Origin: Lytechinus pictus
Lineage: Eukaryota
Assembly: GCF_037042905.1 (NCBI RefSeq)
Contig: NC_087246.1
Span: 13,716,233 to 13,780,232 of the forward strand
DNA length: 64,000 nucleotides
Direction of reading: 5' to 3'
A model generated the notes under the pieces. It made no database searches, had not been told where the DNA came from, and saw nothing but the letters and a program-made list of their open reading frames with translations. The translations under genes and the position numbers were made by a program. Within the stretch, counting starts at the first letter, position 1; every line of letters starts with the position of its first letter. Positions 1 through 12,971 of this stretch are shown here, piece after piece.

Positions 1-770
1 TTTTTAATCTGAGAAGTACTTCACTTGTGGATATAAACCCACACATCTACACCCATCGAGTGGTCTAAATAAAATAAATACCTGGTTTATCAGTAATAAA
101 TTGATATTAAATGTACAAAAAACAGCCTTCATGATTTTTGGTAATCGAAATATAAATATAAATGAATTAAATATAAATAATGAAATAATATTACGATCTC
201 AAACAATTAGACTATATTGAATATATTTAGATGAATACATGAAATGGGAAAGTCATGTTAATCACATTCTTAATAGTATTTCAAAAAATGTAGAAGTTAT
301 AAATAGACTTAAAGATTATATACATAAAACATTTTATTAACACATTATAATACTCTTATTTTACCACATTCAAACTATTGTTGTATAACTAAATATCTTT
401 TAGAAAGAATAAAAGGCTGGTAAAGAAATATAACAAATTGTCCGTTTCTTTCTGATAATAAACCCCTTTTCTTAAGTCTAAATATCCTTCCTGTATATGT
501 TTGGATGAATATAATTTAGGTATATTTATGTTTTCATATTATGAAAATCTGTTACCAACATCAATAAAAAATATGTTTACCTTAAACCTTTACACTCACT
601 TATACAATGTTGGAAATTAATATGATACTCTGGTCTATTATGATCGTACTTCTTTTTCACGTACAATAGCTAAATACAAAGGTCCCATACTTTGGAATAA
701 TCTACCCAATAAACTTAAACAGAGCAAATCGCTTAATACATTCAAATAAAAACTTCAATCCCACCTCCTA
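1..770 (+). mobile_element. Degenerate 3' fragment of a CR1/L2-like non-LTR retrotransposon (older copy, frameshifted)
   Basis: Translated similarity to the 29.5-30.7 kb LINE tail: INNEIILRSQTIRLY..DEYMKWESHVNHILNSISKNVEVINRLKD compares with LSIDGLPLTEKHSTKFLGVTIDSNLTWNEHIHNVHTSISRNIGIIYNLKD. The C-terminal KGPILWNNLPNKLKQSKSLNTFK compares with HGPDTWNSLPQYLKQCPSLNSFK. Confidence 0.45.
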
Positions 771-3371
771 AAGAGCTGTTTATATTCAATTTGATTACAT
801 ATTGGCTTGTTTTTAGTTTGTTTCTTATTTTTTATGTTTGTTTTTCTTCTCTCTCTCTATTTTACTTATTCATATCTTATATGATACTGTATTTTCTCCC
901 TCTTTGATTTACTAAGAATAGGGTCAATCTTTTTAAGTTTTAATCTTTTTAACTTCTTTTGACCCGCCACATTTTTATTACGTATTTTGTATTCTCTATG
1001 TTTGTCCTTTCTTTATCCTTTGTATATACATTATATTTGTTATAATTTGATACATGCTTATATTGAAATTGTTTGATGTTTTTATGGAAATTTGGAAATA
1101 AACTTTGAACTTTGAAATCCCCCTCCTCCCACATACACGCTCACATGCTTCAGTCATTCACACACATACAGATGGGGGCCATGGACCCCCAAAAAGTTAA
1201 TAACTAAGAAAATGAAAGGAGAAAGGGAAAGAAAAGGAAAAGAAAGGGATCAAATATGGTATTGTTTTCTGAATATTTCGTCAAAATCTCTATTTTAAAT
1301 ATATTTTTGAAGATCTTTTGAAGAAATATTATCCTATGGCCTACTCAAATATTTTGGCTCATTAAACCACCGATACACACGCACACATTATGCTCTCTCT
1401 TTATCATGAGGGATTGCAATCACTACGCGGATACTTTCAGGAACGCAGAGAATCTTTGTCAAAGCCCTACATGATAAAACGGTCTTGGTCGAAAATCGAT
1501 GAATAAAACAGCAGCTTCGTCGGTGACTCTGGACAAACGACATATTTTCAAATTTTCCGAATCTTAGGCGATCTACTGTCCCGGTTCATCAGTTTTAGAC
1601 AAAGACCTATCAGCTCTCATCGTGATTTGACGGGCATTTACAAGAATCCGCCCCCCTTGCAATTGCGAAAAAATACATAGGGCATGTCTGTTCATTTTAG
1701 GTTGATTTAAATCGCAAATTCTCACATTCTCAAATGATAATATTAAAAAAAAAATAGTAATACTACTATAAAAGAAATGTTTCTTGATCATTTTAAAATG
1801 GAAAATACATGCAATAATTATCTTATTACATAACTCATGTCGCTCACTCAATGAAAAAACATCATAGTCAAGATAAATACTAGCAATAAATGCCTTTAAA
1901 ATTACGCCGTGCAATCAATGGTCATTTCAAATATAGGCTAATTTCGTTGCAACTACAAGTATATACAAAATAATTTTCAATATCATTACAAACAAGCAAT
2001 TCCATATGCTGATATACAAACAAGATTCACAAATACATTTCAGTAATATCATTTACAGCCAGATCAGCTGATGTAAAAGGAAAATCATGTTATCAGTTTA
2101 GGATACCAAATATTTTCTGGCGATTAATCAATATTCCCTGCATGTCTCAGGATCAGACAATAGCAGAAATCATTATACGTCAACCATACCACTACCTTAT
2201 TCATTTACAGTTCTATATGTCAAGTATTTGTGCATCACATTCACCAAAGACAAAGAAAATGCAACCCAAGTCACAACTTATCTTTATCTCGAAAATAAAT
2301 AGTATTAATTCTAACATCATACTTGCAATACATATGCATTTAAATTCTATACGAATGTGTCATTATGATGCCGAATTGCCGATTGGAACAATTCCTTTAA
2401 ATAATAGAATTAAAATGATTACTTGGGGTAGGCCAAATTTTTTACAAATTATCCCCTTCGTCAACAAATGCCCCCCCCCCCTTCATTCACTCCAGTGTAT
2501 GTAACAAATGATATGATTTTTGTATGAACAAATATACGACCATATTTTAAAGTAAATGGCATCGTACAATTCCTTAATGAATTCATTCATGCTTTTATCA
2601 TGTTTATGATGCAGCGAGTATATCCTTTCCAATTATTCCAAACGTATGAATTTCTACTAACAGTAGAAATCATTATTTAGATGATTAAAACAATTATCTT
2701 TTTTGTCTTGAAAAGTGTGGGGTGATGATTGTGCAGGCCATCCCCCGCTCCGAAAAGTGGGGATATATCCCCATCCCTTTGAATTAAACTAGTTAGTGAC
2801 TTAGTAGTGACCTACTAACCTTGTTGTACATTTTACGGCATTTGTAGGGACAAAGATGACAAATAATATGGAATAGGTAAAAAAAAATCCTGTAAAGGTA
2901 AATTATCAGCACTGACTTGGCCGTCTGTGGTCTTTTCGGCAACAAACCCATGGTCTTTTTGTTCATGAACAAGCACTATTCAATAACTTTTAATAACTTC
3001 AACTTTAACAAGAAGGATCACCAAACTTGACAGGACTAACATCTTTAAACCATGTAAATTGCGCACACCTATCATGTCTTATAAATAAATAGATCCTAAA
3101 CAAGCAGTTAATTATTACACTTTCATGTACGCTATTTTTTGAATTTCTTATCATGATTGATTTTATTAAAAATTTCGCAAAGAATTCATTGTTTACATAT
3201 TTCCTAATATTTAGGTATTTGCTTTAGCACAGATTTTTATTTTCATTGGTAATTAGTCGATATTTTTACAATTCAAATGTAAAGTTTAGAAGATTACTTG
3301 TATTTTCTCTCCGAGTTCATCCCTTTCTTCCACATACATCGCTACGTCTTATTCGTATTCTACGATACCAA

Positions 3372-4536
3372 TTAATTCATATTTGAGCTGTTTGATCCTA
3401 AGCGACTCAAATGCAGCCCATTTCCCTCCTTGCTCAACCGAGTAGAACGGGTCTGAAGAGAATCATGGGTTTTCCCTTTAGTCTTATTACCTTCAAGGTA
3501 GTTAATGAAGGTATACAGGACAGGGTTGATAGAGGAATTGATTGGGATGATGAAAATTACAGTCCAGGCATATAGGGAGGTCGGTAGAACGACGAGTCCG
3601 GTTTGCGTCAAGATACCCAAAACTATGATGGGCATCCAACAAGCGAAGTCAGTCCCAACAATAAACGCCATCTTTCGGGCGATCTGGATTTCGCGATTTC
3701 TGCCCGCCGAGTTCCGGATGGACTCCGACGAGCGTTTAACGGTCACAAACATCACGACGTAGCAAATAAGGATGGTCAGGAAAAGTGCCATGTTCAAACC
3801 GATAAAGGTTACGATTGAGAATACCCAGACATTCCTGTTGTCGTAATCGGTAACTACGTACTTTACAATGTATTCGGAACTCAGCTCCTCGTCCCAGACA
3901 ATGTCCAGTCTGCCAGTCTCTCCGAGTTCTACATGGAGCGGTAAACCGATACAGACATCGGATAGTCCATAGAACCCGGGTACGTTATATCCGACAAGGA
4001 ATGGAACCGAGCTAAACAAGAGAGTGAAGAACCATGTGAATACGACGGCGAAGCTGGCAGTTTTGGTAGTCATCTTGAATTTTCCAAAGGGATAAACAAT
4101 GCTGATGTACCTATCCAGGGTGATTAGGGTCAGTGTGAATACGGACAGTTCGCTCGAGAAAAATGCAAGAAATGAGGATAATTTACAAGGGAAGGATTCT
4201 CTCCAGAGCGGGGCACTAAGGAAATATAGTCTATTGAAATAAACATCAGCAGATGTTATGATGATCATATAAACACCCATCAGGGAGTCTGCGACGGCTA
4301 GGTTCATTGTGAGGATGTTCTGGACGGTCTTGCGTTGTTTCTGGGTAGCGCGCAGAAATAAGACGAACACATTCCCACATAGAGAAGAGAGGCCGATGAT
4401 CCAACCGGCAAATCGCAGGACGGTACTTGGGTACAAGCTGCCGCAGGTGTCCAGGGGACTTGGTGGAGAAGTCCTGGCACAGGTGACGTTTTCAGAATGA
4501 CTGAGAAGACAACAGAGGCGGTTGTCAGATGTAGAC
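3372..4536 (-). CDS. LGR terminal exon: Cys-rich hinge, rhodopsin-like 7TM domain and C-terminal tail, stop at 3372-3374
   Basis: Acceptor tgtttctgacag at 4537. The hinge reads STSDNRLCCLLSHSENVTCARTSPPSPLDTCGS. TM1 reads GWIIGLSSLCGNVFVLFL. A LITLDRYISIVYP (DRY) motif follows TM3, FACWMP (CWxP) sits in TM6 and NPVLY (NPxxY) in TM7. This matches ORF 3372..4436(-), extended 5' in frame to the splice acceptor. Confidence 0.9.
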
Positions 4537-5600
4537 CTGTCAGAAACAGATTAAACAATATGAAACCAGAATCGATTAAATGTCAGCTTAAGTGGATGAT
4601 TCATGGTTATACTATGCCTGTACCAACGTCAAACAAGAATATGTAGATATGTATTTCTCAAGTGGTCTTTCTCAGCTTTCAGTGGGGAAAATAAGTATTC
4701 CTTTCATAGACGTTGCTTATAGATAGTCAGGGAATAGTACCGTGGAAGTTTACTATCTTGAATCAGTTTGTATTGTATGTTTTTGAGCCTAACATGGTAA
4801 ACATTTATTGTTTGGGTTTATCATTTAATTTTGATGGTATTTCTACTCTTCTGTATGATATTGCTCTATCCTATTGCCAATAAGCAATTCAAGTCTACAT
4901 AGATAATTTAATTATTACTATTATTTTTTTATGTTAAAGTGGATACAATCTAATATATATTTCTTAGATTCCAAGTTACTCTAAGCTAAAGAATAAAAAA
5001 CAACCCCAGGTATCATAAAAAATAGAATACTCAGACCTCGAAAGAACACACCCAAAAGATGTGATGCTTCTACCAAAATCTAGCAAATTCAGATACCCAT
5101 GGGTACAAAAATATTTGAACTTGAATATATTCTCATCATGACCGATGGTTTTGTAGCTGCTTTCTTTTCTAATGATTTCCCATACTTTTCATTTGCCTAC
5201 CTCACTTACCCATTTTATTTCCAGCCTTAGTTTAGACTGATTCTCAATGGTAACATATTGCCTACTGTATTATGCTTGTACTCTCACAGGAATTTGTATT
5301 TTTGTATCATTCCGTCTATGTTTTCATGTACAATCATTTTTATTTTGTAAACTCAATGTGAAAACGATTTCTTAAACGAAAAATAACATGTATTCAATTC
5401 AATGACCAACGGTGTCGCTGTGACAAAAAAATCTCGATACACAAATGGGAACATTGTCAAAATCCGTTTATTTGAGTAATGTTAATTACATATCAATAAT
5501 TTAAACCAAATATCAAAATATCGCAGCTTTTAACAAACAATTGCCACTTTAACAAATACTATACTGTTAAATATTCCATGTCTCCTACACGAAAACTTAC

Positions 5601-5672
5601 AGAGCTTTGAGTCCAGTTAGATCGTTCATGATTTCGTAGGAAATTGTGTCTAAATCAAGGTCCAATAGAAAT
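5601..5672 (-). CDS. LGR LRR exon (last LRR)
   Basis: Acceptor ttttcttcag, donor GTAAGT. Encodes FLLDLDLDTISYEIMNDLTGLKA(L). Confidence 0.75.
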
Positions 5673-6196
5673 CTGAAGAAAACAGAATATAATAGAATGG
5701 TATTGATCTACTTTTCATATATATTTTATATCAAACAATATTTAATGCTGAAAATATATATTAATTCATAATTCACATTTCATGTAAATCTTGTTAATCG
5801 TGATAGCTTAACAAAATACAGTTTTCTTTATGTTTATATGAAATTCACACATTGTTACTAATGATGGCAATAAGGGAATAAGAATATCATGAGATCGGAA
5901 AATTGTTGTAAAATCAAAATATCATGTAAGTTCATATATAGTGTACTTTTAAGAAGTATGCTCTCGATTTCTAAGAGTTAAAAATATACTACGTATGCCA
6001 TTCGTATGATTTTCCCACCTGGTTCCTGTTGCATAAAAAAACTTTTGCCAAAAAAACTCTGGAAAATAAACAAAATTATGCCATTGGCACTTAACATATT
6101 GAGAAAATGGCAAAAAAGTATGCAACACGCCTCTGGTGTTGATACGTATTTCGTTTAAACTGATAATTAAAAGATAACAACGAGAACAATACTCAC

Positions 6197-6268
6197 AGAT
6201 AGAGTAGGTTACTCAGATTTGCGAATGATTCAGATTCGATACTCTTGATCTTGTTGTACCCCAAGTCT
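6197..6268 (-). CDS. LGR LRR exon
   Basis: Acceptor tttgcacag, donor GTGAGT. Encodes DLGYNKIKSIESESFANLSNLLY(L). Confidence 0.8.
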
Positions 6269-6682
6269 CTGTGCAAATAGAAATAAAACCGAGATGTTTA
6301 CATTTGGCAGCACCATGCATCCAGTCTCCTCTTTACACTGTTATTTTCATCAGTTTCATTTGTTGTTGTTTGTTTGTTTTGCTTTCATCATCGTCACAAA
6401 TCTTTTCATTAGCATCGTCATCTCCTTCGTGATCATGCTTTTTATCATATTAATGTTATCATTATCACTTCATATTTTAAACAGAAATTATATTTAGGAA
6501 GTGTTTCATTTCGTATACTGTACAATTATGATATTGATGGTAGCTAACGAGTATAATATTTGGAAAACATTCTACTTGTCAATACACGTTGCCTCTTTAC
6601 TTAAATAAGAACATTGATTCATGGCATATAGTGCATATTCACAATAAGAAATGTAATTCTGCTTAGATAGAGAGGCACTTAC

Positions 6683-6754
6683 AAATATTCCAAATTTTCT
6701 TGTCCCAGAAATGCACCATTCTGCAAATATGCGATTGAATTCGATGATATATTC
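6683..6754 (-). CDS. LGR LRR exon
   Basis: Acceptor ttattccag, donor GTAAGT. Encodes NISSNSIAYLQNGAFLGQENLEY(L). Confidence 0.8.
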
Positions 6755-7054
6755 CTGGAATAAAAATATGATATAAAGGGTATGTTTTCTAAATTAAGCA
6801 ACAAAATATTATTTCAGAAAATGGGATGTAAAAGAGGGCGTTGAGAGAACGATATTACAATCTAGAACTATTATTGACGTGTGTGTTGGAGAAATTTTTT
6901 ATCATACAAACAAAATTAAAAAAACAAAGAAATAAAAAAAAATATATATATATTTAGTTCAATTGGATTTACACCGAATCAACCCTTTCCAGTGCTTACG
7001 TGACACAAACATCCATCCTCACAATTCTCATAAAAATTAGATGGGCACACTTAC

Positions 7055-7126
7055 AAGGTTGTAAGGCGAGACAGGTTGATGAATGCTTTATCTGGTATTT
7101 CAGTAATGTTGTTATTTTGCAACAAT
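7055..7126 (-). CDS. LGR LRR exon
   Basis: Acceptor gtttcag, donor GTAAGT. Encodes LLQNNNITEIPDKAFINLSRLTT(L). Confidence 0.8.
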
Positions 7127-7678
7127 CTGAAACAAAATAAACCACAAACACGTATATATCATCGTGGTGCTCAATTAGGTATCAGCAAAAAGAATTGGCG
7201 AGAAACATTAATGATTTTTTAATGTATACAAAACGTCGTTACAAAACGTCAACTTTTTTTATTAAAGGCCAATAGAATTATCACTTTTAAATATACCAAA
7301 AAAAAATATTTAATATGCTTAATTTTTCACCTTTCACCTTTCTTGCAACTCCCTCTCTTCCAAACAAGAACATCCAAGGATGCTGACAAAAATTCAGAAA
7401 GAGATCGACTCACCTCCTCTAGAGGTGTTCGTATATTGACATACTTGTTACGATGAGGAAAAGAGCAAAATACATCAGCTACAATCATTATGATAGACTT
7501 TAGTCAAACTAAAGCAAAATATACATTTTTCGTTGAAATCAATTATGACGAAATAGAAAACGTGAAATATAGAATAGGATGTGATTTCGAATGTGATCGA
7601 ATCCATCATTTTTTTGTATGGCCTTGCAAGTTTTTAAAGAGTTTGATCATTAATATTAACTTTTTAAAGAGAACTTAC

Positions 7679-7750
7679 AGGACTCTCAATGTCTCCATTT
7701 CAGAAAAAGCTCCTTCCGGGATAACGTCAATATTATTATCTTGCAGGTAT
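7679..7750 (-). CDS. LGR LRR exon
   Basis: Acceptor cttgttag, donor GTAAGT. Encodes YLQDNNIDVIPEGAFSEMETLRV(L). Confidence 0.8.
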
Positions 7751-8240
7751 CTAACAAGAGGTATATATAAAGATTGGAAAATCTTATCAATATAAAAAAA
7801 TGATTTTGTACCCTTCAGTACTACAGTATGTTTGTGTACTGGTCATTAAGTAATATTGTAAGCAAAAAAACACGAAATAGGTTAGTGTAATTTCCATGTA
7901 CACCTATAATTGATTTCATCTCTAAAACTGACATCTACCGGTCTTAAGTTAGAGTGGAATGAAATAATTTAATTCTCTGCTTTCAATTTATTTCATGTTA
8001 AGTTTTTTTTTTTAAGACTAAGGAATATCATCATGAGATGAATAGGAAGTAAAAAAAAATCAAGTATCATCGCTTCATTGATGCTATTTAAATAAAAAGT
8101 ACTGGAGTGTGGAGGAATTGTAACTTCGGAAACTATAAAAAAAGTCAGGATATTCAAAATCTGAATCTTAATAAGGTATAAGAGAATACTGATAGATCTT
8201 TGTTAATCTGAACACATTAGAATATTACATGTTAACTTAC

Positions 8241-8312
8241 AGATAAAATAGGTTGTGTAAATCTTTAAAAATGATCTCTGGTAATATCTTGATTCTGTTG
8301 TTCTTCAAATCG
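8241..8312 (-). CDS. LGR LRR exon
   Basis: Acceptor tttttcacag, donor GTAAGT. Encodes DLKNNRIKILPEIIFKDLHNLFY(L). It matches the six-frame ORF 8237..8455(-). Confidence 0.8.
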
Positions 8313-8639
8313 CTGTGAAAAAAAAAGATAGACAATGTTTTTTTTGTAATTAATTTAAAGGGAGTATTGGTGATTGCAATTGCGAATAAAGTCTGCTCAA
8401 AGCAATACCCTGTAGGCTGCAGGCATGAAAACATGTGTGAAAATTTGTGATACATTCATTAAATAAATCCTGGGGAATGTAGTATCTCTATTCAAGAGGT
8501 ACGCAATACCAAGGTCACACCATGGATCTACGAGAAAGAGTATAATCCATGGTCTAACACATCGATATGCTCAAGAGCCTCTACGCCTAGTTTAACGACA
8601 GTCATGTTTGACGACAGTCAATCGAACGCTGCCACTTCA

Positions 8640-8870
8640 ACTCAAAAGCAGCAACCCTATTGCACCCCACATTGTCACCACTGACAACTGGGCGACAATT
8701 TGTGCAAAAAATGGCACCACAAATTGTCACCCCATTTCACTTGACACTTAATTTACTTGTCTCCATGAACACACACACACGCGCACAAAATATAGGTCAG
8801 GTAGAGTTCGTAAGAAACTGTGTATGTTTCTCTGGGTGTGAGGGTGTGTGTATGTGTGTTACTTAACATT
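8640..8870. repeat. Left arm of a long inverted repeat pair flanking the 8.9-12.2 kb repeat nest
   Basis: The GACAATTTGTG-containing segment and the CACACACGCGCACA block are the reverse complement of 12180-12500. Confidence 0.4.
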
Positions 8871-8879
8871 TTGAGTGAA

Positions 8880-10015
8880 ACTGATGGTGGTATCTCATGT
8901 TTGAGACGGATTTTGGACCACTTTTAAACAGTTTTGAGACGATTTTGAAACTTGTCGCAGAGACGTCTTCTGAGGCCCCACGACATTTCATTAGTCTCGG
9001 GAATCTCAAAACCGTCTCAAAATAGTCTCAAATACGTCTCAGAAACGTCTCCAATACTATTTCCCGTCACGAATGCGATACTTTCGATTCCGTCGCATAG
9101 ACGTTTCCAATATTTTTTCCGTGCCACTTTGACTAATGTCCTTTCCGTCTCATATCACATAGTCTGATTCCATTTTGTCTATAACCAGTCGGTCTAACTA
9201 CCTTTTGGTCTATGTAGCACTTCGCCTATTCACATTTCGTCTAATGACCACTTCGTTTATTGTCCATTTGATCTATCACCACTTGGTCACTCTCTATTAA
9301 CAAAAATGGTAAATATTAATTTGGGCATTACACGAAAATACAATTAGACCGTTTGGCTATTAGACGAATTGGTCATTATACCAAATGGAAATTAGACCAA
9401 GTATATATTAGACCAATTGCAAATTAGACCAAATTATTAGTAGACCAAACGGGTTAAGCCCATGTGTTAGTAGACGTAGACAAACCTAGGATTAGTCCAA
9501 ATGTTATTAGGCCAAGTGGATAAAAACCGAATTTTCCACGGGATCTGCTGCTGTTCTCTATATTAGCCTCCCCAAAGGCAAATTGCCAGTTGGTCTAAAC
9601 CCGATTTGACCAATGGCCGTTTATCCTCGTCCGATACATGGTATAATTCCATTTCGTCTACAACTTAATTTACCTTATGGTCTAATTGTCAGTTTGCCTC
9701 TTTACCATTCCGTCTCATTTCCATTTGGTCTAGTATCTAATTGGTCTAACACAACTTAGTCAATTCCTGTAACAGACTGGAAATATTTATTTGGGATTTA
9801 GACGAAAAGGCGATTAGACCATTTGGCTATTCGACGATTCGGCAATTATGCCGAGTGGTCGTGAGACCAAGCAAGAATTCGACCAAGTCCTATACATTAG
9901 ACCAAGTGGGAGTTCGACCAAACTGTTACTCGAGAAAATGGGTTTAGCTCATAAGGTGTTAGACGATAAGAGAGTTTGACCAACTGCTACTGCTAGACCA
10001 AGTGGATATACCCCC
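8880..10015. repeat. Complex array of short tandem repeats arranged as inverted blocks (GAGACG/CGTCTC-rich, then TTGGTCTAA / TTAGACCAA arrays)
   Basis: 9150-9300 carries repeated ...ttggtcta... units. It is followed by 9300-9520 with ...attagacca... units in the opposite orientation. The same inverted arrangement recurs at 9560-9780 and 9780-10010, and the array ends in C11A11(TA)n. Confidence 0.55.
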
Positions 10016-10336
10016 CCCCCCAAAAAAAAAAATATATATATATATATTGTAACGACGACCCGGTTTGTCCTACGAGTCTCGCTATAAGAGTCTAAGATAA
10101 ATGTCGAGGATGGCCAGAGCTTAAATAATACAGTCGAAGCGAATAACAGTCATTACACAGGAAATTAAAGTTCAGTAGTTTATTACTGTTCAAAACTTAA
10201 TGAAGGTGCAACAGAGTATGTGATGATGACAATTACACAAACTCCAGCGATACATGGAATATGATAACTGAGATAACGTCGAGCGATGCTGAAATAATTA
10301 TAAGAACTTAACTTGTGATAATTCTGAACTGAACTT

Positions 10337-10738
10337 AGGAGCCTGTTCAGACCGGCAGAGATAGCGCGATCTAGCGCGCGCTAGATCGCGCTATCTCTGC
10401 GGTGTGGAAGGTACAACGTCGTTTCGGTCCGCCCAACAGCGAGCCACGGCGAGCCAAAACGGCGTGCCACTGGAGCACCTCTTGGGGGTGGTCCACGAGA
10501 GATAGCGCGGTCTAGCGCGCGCTAGATCGCGCTATCTCTGCCGGTGTGAACCCGAGCTACGATAGCACGCCATGGCTACAGGACCTCTCAAAAAAGGGGG
10601 TGCTACGATAGACCGCGCTATCTCACTGCGGTGTGAATCCGGCGAATGCCAATGGGCGGACCGTGGATCGCGCTACGATAGCGCGATCCACGGTCCGCCC
10701 ACGGTCCCCCCTTGCGGTGTGAACAGCCTCTGGAATAC
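10337..10738. repeat. GC-rich palindromic repeat cluster (family E relative) containing two perfect 40-bp palindromes GAGATAGCGCGATCTAGCGCGCGCTAGATCGCGCTATCTC
   Basis: Palindromes sit at about 10356-10395 and 10498-10537, each followed by GCGGTGTG(A/G)A. The outer termini aGCCTGTTCAGACC...GGTGTGAACAGCCt are inverted and resemble the family E termini. CpG-rich, in strong contrast to the AT-rich flanks. Confidence 0.5.
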
Positions 10739-11125
10739 ATGTAAGACTATGCTCGGAAAAGACTCTCGAAATAAAAAACTAAGCCCTAAACTGAGATGCT
10801 GCTCGCTTATATACAATTTCTGGACATAGCATGAAGGTCATCCCCAGCACACAGCAAAAACCCAGATTCAGGGAGGGGAGAGAGAGAGAGAGAGAGGGAT
10901 AAGGTCAAGTAATAGAATAAGCACATAACGACCAATACACTGACCACAAGGTTAAACTAGTAGTTTGGACATTAGGAGTTGAGGGAGAGAAGTCTGAAGG
11001 GCAGGGCAAAGTCGAAGTGAGGAGAGAGAACGCGGAGGGAGTTACAGAACATAAATGTGTAGCCAAGGTAATAAACAAGAACAAGTTTCTGAAAGTAGTC
11101 GCAAGGTTAAAGAGAACTACACAGG

Positions 11126-11292
11126 TTTGAAAGTCACTGGAAAGGGAAAAGAGAGGAGGGATGAAAGTTACTGGAAGGAGAAGTGAGGAGGGTTGAAAGT
11201 CACTGGAAAGAGAAAGTGAGGAGGGTTGAAAGTCACTGGAAAGAGAAAGTGAGGAGGGTTGAAAGTCACTAGAAAGAGAAAGTGAGGAGAGT
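11126..11292. repeat. 36-bp tandem repeat (TTGAAAGTCACTGGAAAGAGAAAGTGAGGAGGGT), about 4.6 copies
   Basis: Direct reading of the sequence. It generates the spurious ORF 10905..11438(-) with SSLSLSSDFQP repeats. Confidence 0.7.
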
Positions 11293-11424
11293 AAAACTTC
11301 TGGAAGTAGATGCAAGGTCGCAAAGAAGGGAGATGCATTGTTAGCAATTTCTGGAAGACGAAGGAAAGCCAAAGAGAATACAGAGTGGACAGACCAGAAG
11401 AGTTTGACCATGAACAATTTACAG

Positions 11425-11886
11425 TAGGCTGTTCTCACTACGTTCCTAAAACTAGTTTACTGGGAACCGGTTCAGAAAGCCAGTTTGGAAGATCGCTTTG
11501 CTAGCGTTCTCACTTGATCACACGAAAGTGGTTTTCAAAATCACTTCACGTATAGCGCTCTTGTTGCTATGGAAACGCTCTCAGTGGGGAGACACGTTTC
11601 GCGCGAAATTCGAAACCGCAGCATAGGCATTCTACACCTGTCGTGTGGAGTAGCGCGCTCAAAATGTGCGAAGATCGCTTCCCGAAGAACGGTTGTGTCC
11701 TCACTTACGCTAAAACCACTTTTCCGATGCGAAGCGATCTTGAAAACTACATCGCGAGGTGGTCTTCCAAACTGGTTTGGAAGAGCGCTTCCAAGAGCGC
11801 TTCGACCGTTCTCACTTAGCGTTAAACTAGTTTCCACTAAACTAGTTTCCACTAAACTAGTTTAAGGAACTGAGTGAGAACAGCCT
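11425..11886. mobile_element. MITE family E with termini AGGCTGTTCTCAC...GTGAGAACAGCCT and internal ACTAGTTT(C)CACTAA repeats
   Basis: Terminal inverted repeats of about 100 bp. The left arm 11425-11530 is the reverse complement of 11775-11886. Confidence 0.5.
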
Positions 11887-12179
11887 CTCTTAGAGAGGGC
11901 TTGGCTGTGTGCAGGTTACTGGGCAAGTTGAAAGTGACATTCACAATTTATCTTAGCAAGACATTCATTGCATAAATGAGTCGAATACAATTTGATATAA
12001 TAAACACTAATTAAAGCATAAGAATGGAATTATATACATAAACATAATAAGAGAATATCGGAACATCAACCAAAATACGTGACACTATATATAAATAAAT
12101 TTAAAAAAAATGAATGAATAAATAAATAAATAAAATAATGATAAATAAATTAATTAATTAAATTGAATTAAAAAAAAAA

Positions 12180-12500
12180 TAATAATGAAATAATAACAAT
12201 AGAAACAATACACACACCCACGCACACCCTCACACACATACCAAAACAACCTTACTACAAACAACGACACATACACTCCACACCAGACTGGTGGTTGAAG
12301 ACAATTTGTGTAATGGGCGACAATATGTGGTTCTAGGTTTCTTTTTGCCGACACAAATCGGCACAATGTGCTTAAAAATTGAGACCGGCACGTGCAGCAC
12401 GAATTGTCGCGAGGCGAAAATTTGTGAAGGGGGGACAATTTGTGGTGTCTTTTTTTCACAAATTGTCGAGGGGTGACAATCAGTGGTGCAACAGACCCTG
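12180..12500. repeat. Right arm of the long inverted repeat pair
   Basis: Reverse-complement similarity to 8640-8870: tgtcaccactgacaa versus ttgtcagtggtg, and an inverted (CA/TG)-rich block. Confidence 0.4.
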
Positions 12501-12731
12501 AAATTTCAGTCAAGAATATATCTACATATACATACATTTTGTATTTTTTTATGTTAATTCAAACTCATTCATTCCAAAGAAGACATACTGCAGCCAATCA
12601 CTGACAGTATCTTGTACAAGGTGGTCAGCATGATTTTAATATTTGTGAGTCTTACCGTTTGTTTAACGTAAAACTGAAAAAAGAAACACTTTTCCTGCGG
12701 TTAAATATATGTGAAATATGTGTCTACTTAC

Positions 12732-12803
12732 AGTAGGTCCAGTGTAAACAGATCAGAGAATGCAGCCCGTGATAAGACTTCGATGTTGTTATAAGAAAGA
12801 TCT
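12732..12803 (-). CDS. LGR LRR exon
   Basis: Acceptor cgttacag, donor GTAAGT. Encodes DLSYNNIEVLSRAAFSDLFTLDL(L). Confidence 0.8.
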
Positions 12804-12971
12804 CTGTAACGTATTATAAATAAGAATTAAATTAAATGAGCTGTTATATCAGGACAAAAATTAAAGATATATATAAATATTGATATACATACATGTATAC
12901 AAGTTAGATGCGAAAGCATGTAAGGAAATGTAATAAAATTCATCTTTGTTATTAATTTCAAGAACACTTAC

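Noticed and set aside
1573-2504. ORFs 1573..1914(-) and 2142..2504(+)
   Set aside because: They have no recognisable domain, no splice context, and sit in AT-rich low-complexity sequence near a LINE remnant.
3505-3818. Plus-strand ORFs 3505..3762 and 3603..3818 inside the GPCR exon
   Set aside because: They are antisense frames within a well-supported 7TM coding exon, with no motif support.
10905-11438. 177-aa minus-strand ORF with repeated SSLSLSSDFQP peptide units
   Set aside because: It is produced entirely by the 36-bp tandem repeat and the family E MITE. There is no start context and no domain, and its composition is repeat-driven.
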